A DNA stretch of 64,000 nucleotides. Origin: Balanoglossus misakiensis (Eukaryota > Animalia > Hemichordata). Position numbers and translations under genes: made by a program. Of this stretch, positions 53,526 to 64,000 are shown piece by piece (position 1 is the stretch's first letter; every line of letters begins with the position of its first letter). The notes under the pieces are model-generated. The model worked only from the letters and a program-made list of their open reading frames with translations. It searched no databases and was not told the DNA's origin. Location: NCBI GenBank assembly GCA_040954595.2, contig CM082580.2, forward strand, positions 13,318,242 through 13,382,241, written 5' to 3'.

Positions 53526-53695
53526 GGAGAGATAGAGCGGGCGAGAGAGGGAGAGAGAAAGAGAGGTGCCGTGTAGGGACATACATGGAACAAATACAAC
53601 CATAAGCAGACCTATATAGACAAAGACACAAATTTAGACAAACAGGAAGACAGAGGCACAAGAAGGACAAGAAGGACAAAAGACAAAGAGGGAAA
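53526..53695. repeat. Purine-rich low-complexity tract (GA/GACA repeats)
   Basis: gagagagggagagagaaagagagg ... caagaaggacaagaaggacaaaagacaaagag. Confidence 0.7.
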
Positions 53696-56600
53696 CGCGT
53701 CGAAGGGTAAAAGTCATTGACAAGGGGAGAAATACGGGCAGTTACGAAAAAACTCTGGAAGTATTTTAGAAAAATACACGGAAGGTTAGAGAGGGGTTGG
53801 TGAAAAATACAAGTCAATTATGAGAAATCAGACAAAGATATTGATAGGGAACGAAGCGTTAGATTCGAAGAGTGAAAGTTAACTGTGGCTTATTATCTGG
53901 TCGAATGCAATCGTTGTGGTCGAAAGTGAACCCACTAACCGTATGTTCTAACATGACACTTGTAAACATTCGATGAAAATCAAATTAATTTAAAAATCCG
54001 TTGAGGATCAGGATCGAATCGAAGGTGATCGAATTAGGCGCTAATTTGGCGTTGTTGTGGGTATTATTTCAATTTAATGCGTGAAATTTCTCGGTTATCG
54101 ATAAGATACAAGAAGCTTGACTAATCTGAAAGCGATTTGTGTGTCAACTGTATCGGCTCTGTGGGATCTAAAACTCGACTCTGGTTCAGCGGAGATCAAT
54201 GTTATCTATCCGTTAAAGAGCAATAATGCAATTCGGTGAATACGGCTCGCCACGAGTAGCGTTGCATACTTGAAGAGGGTGGATTTACGCACGAGAGACT
54301 TGCGGAGTTAAACAGGACGAAACTCGATTGCCTTAATTAAATTTAAGAATACAGAAGTAAGATCAACCGAATATGGAGTTTGAATTATAAAATTCTAGTT
54401 CTCATTTTTTTGTTGCGTTTGGCGCGGAAATTTGTCAGCTTTGCACATTCTGACACTCTACTTTGAAAGGCTTTGGGTTTGATGGGCAATGATTACACTC
54501 CTCACTGACAGAGAAGAAATTGAAAATTTCAGGAAAGCGAAACCTTGTTTGGTGCTCGAACGAATATTGTCACACAGAAGCATATGTTGTGTGTGTATAC
54601 AAACAAACCTATAGCGACAAACACTCAACGGTTTTCTGAAATGTAACCGTCAAAATCGAAAAATAAACGGACAGCGGAAAATAACAACGACAGTATAACC
54701 GGAATTTCGCACGTATGCAAAACAACATGTTTTGAAATAGACATCCGCAAAGGACTGATGACGTAGTGTACCTTGGATACGCCGGCGCGGCATTTTTGCA
54801 CTGAAATAAACAAACTCCAAAGAAGTAAAGTAGCCGAGGCAACTACAAACTAAATTGTACAAAGCAGTGACAAAGCGAGACAGCCATTAGTGCAGTTGCC
54901 TGCACCCTGCATGTGGTCTCAGACTTCGACGGGTTTCGATTTGGTTGCACAGATCGAAGTCGTCATGAGAACTCGAAGTTGATATAATCCAAAGCTAAAA
55001 GTGTCAGTCGCCGTTGCTGAGTATTCAGTTCGATTCTCCGACACCCACAACAGTGTCTGTCCAATGAGATGAACTGTTTCATTTGTTGCAAATGCCGCTG
55101 TCTGCGTTCATCCAATGAAAACACCCGTTTCATTTATGTAAATACTGCTTTATCCCTGCACCAGAAAAGCTCACACTCCAGCGAAATAGAAAAAAAATGC
55201 ACGACTCCTTCTAGTGGATCAAAGTTTCGACACATAATTAAAACTAAAAATAATTCTGAAATGGAAAGATATAAGTAAAATAAAATGATGTGGGTTGTTG
55301 AAGTTAAAACAAATTTCTGCTATTAACATTTGTTTTGCATAATTTCTGGTGTAGAAATTCGTGGATATTGTCAGATACATACGCACCCGCGCACATACAT
55401 CGGGAACTAAAGGATCTTCTAAAATTTATTCAGTTCCCGTTGAAGCGTTCATGGCTTTTGTTTCGGTGAAAGTGGATGTCTTCGATAAAATACAACTGCT
55501 AATCGGTTTTTACAACCCGGTCACAACCTTTAAATGTTGAGGTCTGCATTGTCCCATTCAGTCGTAATTCATTTTATGGTTATCGAGCATAACATGACAA
55601 TTATTTTAAACTGGTAACGAACATCGGTCGCCAAATTAATAACGTTGTCCGATTTTCGATACCAGTTAGATAGCCTTTTAACGACTTTCTTATCGCTGAA
55701 CGATTCCCAACGTTCACCTAGCTGTCACCAAAACCGTCAACGTCGAGGAAATCTATAATTATCGTACTTTTGAGGCAACAATTCCAATAATTAGTAATTA
55801 TACGATAAATGACGCGTACGCTTGCGCACGCGACAGGGCGGGCAAGCTTTGGCGCGTATTCAGATTACCGGGCCCCCTACCAGTGGAGGAAAGACTCGAA
55901 AATGAAAAAGTGTTCTCCTCTTTAGCGAGTGAACCACCTCAAGAAATTATCAGAGGAGAAAAAAATACCTCTTCAGGATCAATAAGCAGCCTTTATGGGC
56001 CTGTAGGTCGTCCGCAAGATAATGTAAAATTACCAACAGGCATTTAGAAACTTTTATCCGAAATCGATGCCGCCTCTGGAAAAAATGTATAAGAAGAGAG
56101 ACGGATGACGAATGCCATCGGTATCGATCGGCAAAGTTCGTAGATGAATGTAACTGCTCAGTCGATTTTTTTCCACTGGAACTAACGACAGGTGTCTGGA
56201 CAGGTAAAGAAACCACGCCACAATTCGAGCCGTGACAGAGTCTCGCGGAGACAGGGTGGCAACATTATTCAGACTTTTGACAAAGATTCTTTTTTGTTCG
56301 AATTCTTCTCCAAGTTGTCACGCAACTTCGCGAGAGAACTCCGCCACCCACAGTTTGCAGCAGATGGCATACCGCCCTCATAATGTGACCTTAACATCGA
56401 CGGTCACACGCTCGGGTCACACGATATGGTCACATTCGGGTTTCACATAAAAATAACCTCTGTCATGAATTTACCAGACTTGTGTGTAGTATACAGTAAC
56501 TCTTCTCGTAGAAATGACCGTTTTATATCCCAAAAAACATCACAAACAAGTTAGTTAACAGGAGCACCAGGCCGATCCTGTGGTGCATGACAGGTCTTTT

Positions 56601-58975
56601 TCTTTGTGCCATAAGGTTATATCTAGAGGAGATTTAAGAAACTACGTATTCGGTCAGGTTTTGCTGGAGACGTTTTCCGTACAGGGCCGTGAGAGGGCTC
56701 GCTATACTCCTGGCAGTTTGCAGTTGATGACATACAACGTGGTTGGGGGCGCTAAAAATTAGCGATTACACAAATCTGCCAACACCAACAATTGTCACGT
56801 GAGAGATTTACGTAGGGTGGCTCTTCCTTTGAACGTGACTGGAACTATTTTAGGATAATTGCATGCGAATAAAATGTGAAAAAGAGAAATACATTTATGT
56901 GTTGTATTTTACACAATTGTGTCACTGTTTCAACAAAGTGGGGAAGTGGGAAATATAGTCAAGGAACTTCGTGTAATTGGTAAAGCTATCTCACTATAGA
57001 ATAAGTCTGAAGTAAATAAACGGAATCGTGCCGACTCCAGAATAGATCGTCACGAATTACTGGAATTTACAGTTCAATGTGAAATGGTAAAACGTTAACA
57101 AAAGAAACCAAATTGGGCATTTCCTAACTGTGCTAATCACTTCCAAGATTGAAGGATTTAAATAGCCTAGTTTTTATATTTAAAATTGCAGTCATTTGAA
57201 TGCTGGATTTGGTAAATACATTTCGTTTTTAAGATGAAGCCCACCTTTCTTTCTTCATCAGTGTTTGGGTCTGGGATATGAATGATTTCATTTCTTTTCA
57301 TGCTTTCCAAAGGTACTCCTTCGTTTAGCAATGAATAATTCAAGTTTTTTTTCTTAAATAACCTAGTAACCAAACAGTAGTGGGAAATATGGAAGGAAAC
57401 TGTAATGGCTCGGATGGGAGTCTTGGCACGCGATGTCTTTCGCGTCACAATTTTTGCTAGACTCATTAGAAGGGCTGAAGAAACAACTGGCACACGTTGC
57501 CTCTCACGTCATTCACCGACAGAGAATTTCAACAAAATACGCAGATTGATTGAAATTTCTAAACACATATGTAGCTTGTATGGTTTACACGTTGATTAAA
57601 GGTCATAGAATACTTTGAAATAAAGGAGTCTACCTTGACATACATGTACATAGAAATAAAGACGCTGTTCTATCAAATCCATATAGCTGACGTTCGAGGG
57701 CGCTAAACAACGTGCACAATAGTCCAATCGATTGGCATACAGCGTCATAACTGTTTTCCATTTACGCCGTCACGATATATTCCAAACCAGTGGCTAAGAA
57801 CACATTTTCAGACCATCAGTAAGAGCAATATGGTCCTGTCAAAGTATTTTCATATCATAGGATTTCAACGCATTGTGACCAGCCTGTCAAACCAGATAGG
57901 AGATAAACAAACCATTGAACACGCCACTAGTGAAAGAACGTCGAATGTAATCGCACCAGTTTAAAGAATTACTCGACAAAAGACACTATCTTTGACATTT
58001 CAGTGTGCTAAAGGATGTCTATAGGTGATTTCAGAATGAAAGTACAGCGGAGATTGCTGTTAACACCAGATTCCTGTCACTGACATAAAAACTAAGATCT
58101 GAAGCTGCGGCATTACTCACTTCGCTCTCCTCATTCCAGTTGCTCATTTTGTTCAGATGAATACGTAATTATATTGAAAACGAAAACATTCGACTCGGGC
58201 CACTGTAATCGTGCCAAAATATTTTGGCGCTGATAAAACTCACATGAAGCTGCAAAACCTGCTTGAATTGTCTCCCTTCACCCGGAAAGAAATTTTCTGC
58301 CATCACGACCCATTATCCACTGAGACATGCAGTGATCTGTTTCACCAATAACCACTTCACTAGAAATATTTCGATTCCCAAGCCAATCGTGTATTCATGT
58401 CACATAATCCCATGTTATAATACCAACATGTGGCGTCTCCTTGCCACGTGCCGATCGCCTTTACGGCTATGCTAATTCTGCATATGGCATTACAACCCTA
58501 TACTATGAAGAGAAGCTTTGGAACAGTTTTGACACGCTATGATATGTTACGAGTCTTGATATAATGTAATAAATCCCCCAAATGCACAGCGTATATTCTC
58601 AAGGTGACTTCATGACCCTGAGTGTCCTTGACTGATATGCTGATATATTTAGAGCAAAAAAAATCATTGTTGAAAGTCTTTTCTCTCGTTTAACCAAGAT
58701 TGGGTGATTCAGATGATTATAGGAAGTAGCAACGCAGGAAACTGTTTTTCGCTTTAAATTATTGATGACCTGGATATATGTTTATATCTTCCTAGATAAC
58801 AGTTCTCGGGCAGCATTTTCTTCAAAGTTACTAAACACCTGGCCCAACCACCGCTATAAACATCATTTCGCTCGCATAAAATTCATTTCGACACGCGCCA
58901 CTTAGTGTCACTGCGGGGACTAGGTCATCCCCGATGAATTGTTCAACAGAGAGCCAAATCTAGACTAGCATGTGT

Positions 58976-59008
58976 CTGCCTGCCTGCCTGCCTGCCTGTC
59001 TGTCTGTC
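58976..59008. repeat. (CTGC)n(CTGT)n microsatellite
   Basis: ctgcctgcctgcctgcctgcctgtctgtctgtc. Confidence 0.88.
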
Positions 59009-60470
59009 CTATCTGACTATCTTATTGTGAAATAAAATCACAGTAGCGGTGACAGCCAGTGGATTGATCAGTACCCAGCCATTTCATCGGAGAGAGATTA
59101 TCATCACACTATGATATTTGCAGCGCGGTCGTTGTCAGGGCAACGGAAATTACAAGCAGACATACATCTAATCAGATAGGGCTACAGGTACAGCGACCCA
59201 GGCTGCGTCAGAAGGTTGATGTACTATAAAAAGAACTTGTCAAATGCACTGTGGTTTATTCCATACAGTCACGTGTAGTGGAGTATTGTGAGCTTTTAAA
59301 AAAGTACGTGTATGTATCTTCTAAAATCAAAGTAATCAGTTTGATACTTTGAATCTAGCTTACATACTTTCGCCATCGATTCTATATTAACCGACATTCA
59401 ACCTGTTACCTAGGATACGTGGTGGTGTCGATTCATTGAACTCTGCCATTTTCTGTTTTGTCGATGTCTTGAAACCTTAATAGTTACATCCGCTGTTTTA
59501 GGATCAAACTCCCACGCTGCCAAACACTAATTCATCAAGTTCTCAAGCTGGCATTTTAAAACGTTGTCATATCTCTCTGCTGTAATTTTGAAACTCTGTC
59601 GCTTTTTTGAAACCGTGCTTTTGATTGCTAGGCCATTGGTCATATAAATAGCGTTGTTCAACGTCGTCTATGACTGCCTGCCCTGACAATACTGACAAGA
59701 ACGCCTCCCAGCTATGTATTTTTATCAGTCCCTGATAACTGAATTACCGAGATTCAATTCTCCAAAAATACCCGGGAAATGTGACCTCAGTATACTGACC
59801 TCCAAGATTCATATTTGATTTATTAATAATTGAGAACATCAATTTATGTAATCTAGCTTTGTCGCGTAAATAAAATTAATGGTTAGTGCCTTGCTAGTCA
59901 GTTTTCGATAACTGATTTATCGCCGAAATGTGTCGGCAAAAAATGCCACCAAAGTTCATGTATTAGCAGCCGTATTTAGTGCATAGATTCAACTGAGTAC
60001 ATCTTTTGACATGTATCTGCATCAATGAAAACAATTATTCACATTTACCCTGTTTTCTATTAAATCTTGGGAGAGAACTGATTATATCTACCCCGGAGCG
60101 ACAGTCATCTAACATAATATAAAATAACATTTATCAAAACATATCGTTTTTAATTTATATGCTAAATATGGATTCATTAGAGAATTTCGTACGTGTTGTA
60201 TATGAACTCAGCAATAGCGCTGAACTTTAAAATGTAAAGATACGTATAAGTAATATCCTGACTGAGCAATTTTAGGTTAGCATCGCGTGACAAAATACAC
60301 AAACTTAAATCTTATAAATGTGGTAACATCTGACTGTGACCATAATCACTCAATGCCGTCTCCATGGAAACTAAGTAATTCCTGCGGCGCCAACGATAAT
60401 CAGGCTGTGGCTTTCACTTTTTGTGATACATGTCGTGTCACAGTACGTAATATTAAATAAATATTTACGT

Positions 60471-60510
60471 AACATAACATAACATAACATAACATAACAT
60501 AACATAACAT
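60471..60510. repeat. (AACAT)8 pentanucleotide microsatellite
   Basis: Eight perfect AACAT copies. Confidence 0.95.
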
Positions 60511-60749
60511 GTTAATTAGCATAAAAAATTTAACGGCCGAAATAATTTTGAAAAAAAAAACATATTTATTCTCATATTGGTTTTTAATATTAGTTTAATT
60601 GACTGCAGCTCCGGAATAGTTATGAGTCTATGATGAGTCTATTATAAGCAGCTCGGGACAATTATAACCGCATTTGTAAAAAACGACTTTGTTTTATTGT
60701 TCAACAGTGGCTACATAGAAGTGCCTGCCATAAATAAGCACCAGTTACA

Positions 60750-60958
60750 GTATTGCGCACTGCACTGCTAAGCAGCAAATTAATGCTGGAGATGGGCCTA
60801 GTCTGGGCATGCGTGTTTTCAGTGGATGCTTTTGCGCGAGAGGACTGACGGCTCGGTCTGGATCGAACGAATCGGGAGAATCACAAAAAGCGATCGCCGA
60901 TCCTGTCAGCAGATTGGAGTGTGTGGGGCTCTAAATTTCAAGAACACTTGCGGTAAGT
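60750..60958 (+). promoter_or_regulatory. Possible promoter and non-coding first exon of a neighbouring divergent gene
   Basis: Abrupt rise in GC and CpG after an AT-rich block; TGCGCA and GCATGCG motifs; consensus donor CG|GTAAGT at 60953-60958; RFX boxes upstream. No coding evidence inside the window. Confidence 0.3.
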
Positions 60959-60999
60959 CCAGGAGTCGTTACAGTTTTCGTTACATAACGGTAAATCGA

Positions 61000-61430
61000 T
61001 TATCGGCAGAGGTTTGGTTTGACGGGACACATTTTTGCGCGTACGTGACGGCGTAGAACAGTCGCCATCGTTATTGGCATATTACAGAACAGGATATGTG
61101 TGTAACGCTGCAGGCTGATGTCTGGCAGTGAATCGGTGTGTGTTGCGGTTTTGCGGACGCAGTATAAGAAAGACAAAGATCGTTGGCTGCTTTCTTGGCG
61201 TTTCTGATATTTGGGTAGTACTAATAGATGAACTGTCGGAAGGTTAAGGGATTGTTGACGGACAGAGTGCGCTTACGTGACGCTATAAAGGTTTTCGCCG
61301 CGCGCCATCATTTGTCTGGAACAGAGTTCAACGCAGGATATACTCTAATGTAGCTTGCGGGTTGTAGAACACTTTCGGTGAATGTTGTGATGTGGTTTTG
61401 CGGACGCGAAGAAGAGCGAGAGATGCTGAC
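61000..61430. repeat. Degenerate ~240-bp tandem duplication
   Basis: Collinear shared words: TTGACGG (61019/61255), TACGTGACG (61042/61274), CGCCATC (61063/61303), CAGGATAT (61090/61334), GTGAAT (61128/61378), GGTTTTGCGGACGC (61147/61394). Confidence 0.8.
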
Positions 61431-64000
61431 ATTGCGAACGTGTATACTACAGCGTATATTATAGTTTCTCGTCGCCATTTTGTTCCAGGTGTCTCATACA
61501 GCCGCATTTTATACTGCGGCTGGAAATTGAAAGAAAGTTACCATAAAATGCTGTGTTCTGTGTGCTAACGAATCTGTGAGTGGTAACATTTCTCTGTCAT
61601 ACGCCGAGTTTCGGTCTTATGTTGAAGCTAAAATGCATGTGGGCCTATATGTCTTGCAAAGGTGCGTGGCGTATGTGTCCCTAAAATAGTCCACCTTTTA
61701 CGCCTCTGTAAACATGTTGGTATACTGTTGGCCAGAGGTCAAAATCAATAACGCTTTTCCGAGTGCATAGCCTGTCGTTTGCTGTGACAGCCGGTCTCTG
61801 CGATATTGAGGTCAATCAGATGTGCCTATAGCATTGTTCGTACGGGTGACTGGGACAAGTTGCAATACACGTAAATCCAGGGTAAGTAGGACTCGCTTAC
61901 CCCACAGCAGCAACAAACAACCAAGCGGCAAACAAACAAACAAACAAACAACTAATTTCAGTGATCATATATATAAAAGAGCAATCTGGACAGAGATCCT
62001 AATAATTCATTTACGCCCTGTTTGCAGTAGGTACCAAATATTTTCGCTCTCGCTCGAACAACTTTCCTTTATAGACCACACGGAAGGGGGGGGGGGGGGC
62101 TTTGGATGGCATCCAAAGATATACAAAGTTTTACGCATGTAAAAGAATACCATTGTTGTCCACTGATTGAAATGGGCCACGGGTTCAAAGGTGAAATTTT
62201 ACAAATCCAAGCGTAACGAGGGCATGCTACGAATTGGAACGTTGATACTACTAGCAGTATTATTGGCGTAAAATGGGAGATGAACACCGTGTTCAAACAA
62301 TTCAAATGCCTGGAAAATGATAGCAATGCACTCTTTCACAGAAAATAAAGCGAACCTGTCTGGCGAAAATGTATTTGAAAGTTACGTAAATGCTAATGCC
62401 TCTCCATGTAACCTTATATACAACACAAAAGGGGTGGTTCTTTTACTGTAGGCAACCCGCAACTGCAAACTTAGAGGAAAGAAGAAGTGACGATTCCATA
62501 TTGATTATTTTCTGTAGTCGAAAAATCGAAAACTGTTTGTAGACTGACGACAGTTGATTTCCTGGATGACTGAAACAAACTCTCATTAAGAACATTCTAG
62601 GTCAAGGTAAAAAATGATACAACCACAGTTTTGATTTTTTTGCTGAGAATATGGTCAAGGTTGCTTATTGAGAATCTAGATCTGATGCTGTGCGCACTTT
62701 TGTCACGGGCGGACATGCATATTATTTTTCTAGAACGCAGTCAACCAGAAAAAAAAACCTGACATCTTTTGTACCATTGAGATGACGACATCGGGGCAAA
62801 CTCTCACAAAACACTGAACAAGCAGTTTTTATCGGACTATTAGATTAAAATCAGCTACGCCGTGTTCGCTTTGTTGCGTTTCTTTTACGCACTGCCCACA
62901 TTAGAGAGGCGACGTCAACGTACACAGCAGAGACTGAGTGTATGCAGGCAACACACAGCGCTAACTTAATCAAAATTTTCGCAGTTTTTTTTAAAGGGAT
63001 CGATCAAGTTACACGAATACATACAAATACTCTCAAGGTATAGCCTAAGAGTTGGGAATATACCGCTTTTGCCCTTCACATGGATCGATTACACTGCATT
63101 TGGTTGGTTAACGTGAAATTATTCTGGGCGGTGAATCATCTGCTGCATAGAGTGGTGGGTCTTATCGAGTAATTGTCAAACCAGAAGAACGCCTTTCTGT
63201 GTAGGGCCGATATTCTTTCCTGTTTAGTTTCCGTCATTTGAAACTTAAAAACGAAAATAACAAAAAAACTAGGTGTGAACTATGACCGGAATCGGGAAAT
63301 ACATTTTCAATGACTTATTGCTGTGTGAGTAGTTTTGGATCTATCGGGATTGAAATTCCAATCTGAACAAAAGGTTGATTTGTCGGAATATTTATTCGAT
63401 CGCGGCAGATAGTGCCCCAGGTGATATTTGGAATGTCACGCACTCCAAACCCCATCAACTAAATTACAAAATTTAATATCCAAATTATGTAATCTCTCCA
63501 TTAGCAGTGTTTGTCAAGAGCTGAGTGATTTCAACGTGTGATTATTTTTTTCTCTCTCTGCAGCAATAGCTTTCGAAATATGCTGCAGACACCTTTCCCT
63601 GTCAATAGTTCAATAAAGTTTAAAGCACGTCCCGGACATGTTTTTATTAACCGAAATCTAATGGTGAACATATGATCTGATGCCTAGGTAAATATTTCAA
63701 GAGAAATTTGTTCTCTGACTGAAGAATGCCTGACATTTCTTCGTGTTATTTTTAAGCCTGAGTTAACTCTCGGAATGCTGAGCGCTTGACCCTGTGCAAA
63801 GGTTCATGACGAAGTTGTGAATTCTCGAAAACGACGCCATTTTGGGGGTAGGCACATTCAGCTCGGAGACACAGGATTCGCGGAGTGCAAAGGGCAAACA
63901 TAGAATTCGTCATTACTCCTTACAGATCCGAAGACGTTATTTCTTGGAAAGACTAGAGTGTGTGGAATTGAAACATTGTCAAGCATACAAAATGGCGATT

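Noticed and set aside
35200-64000. Protein-coding genes, transposase/RT remnants, tRNA, rRNA, snRNA or known pre-miRNA in the upstream region
   Set aside because: None recognised by eye; the ORFs are short and random-looking. Degraded elements or small exons could be missed without BLASTX, Infernal or RepeatMasker.

Overview
AT-rich animal (eukaryotic) genomic DNA, not prokaryotic. It holds one clearly supported protein-coding gene: a ONECUT/HNF-6 class transcription factor on the minus strand. The gene has two coding exons (34789-33838 and 4182-3902) joined across a 29,655-nt phase-1 GT-AG intron, giving a predicted 410-aa protein with an HNF-6-like N-terminus, TP/STP box, a single CUT domain and an F48/M50 homeodomain. 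The protein suggests an invertebrate deuterostome such as a hemichordate or echinoderm (inference only). The rest is non-coding: a probable ~3.5-kb 3'UTR, the long intron and ~26 kb of upstream gene desert, with a possible divergent promoter or first exon near 60.8-61 kb. All other ORFs in the track look like chance frames. I found no CRISPR array, RNA gene or intact transposon, and no firm evidence of a new biological system. The best leads are regulatory: a strong AG|GTAAG recursive-splice/9-nt in-frame microexon site in the intron, clustered miR-183/96/182 and let-7/miR-125 seed sites in the 3'UTR, a sharp CpG-depletion boundary at the gene body, and clustered RFX, ONECUT, K50 and ZNF143-type motifs. 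All motif calls were made by eye and need conservation or functional tests.
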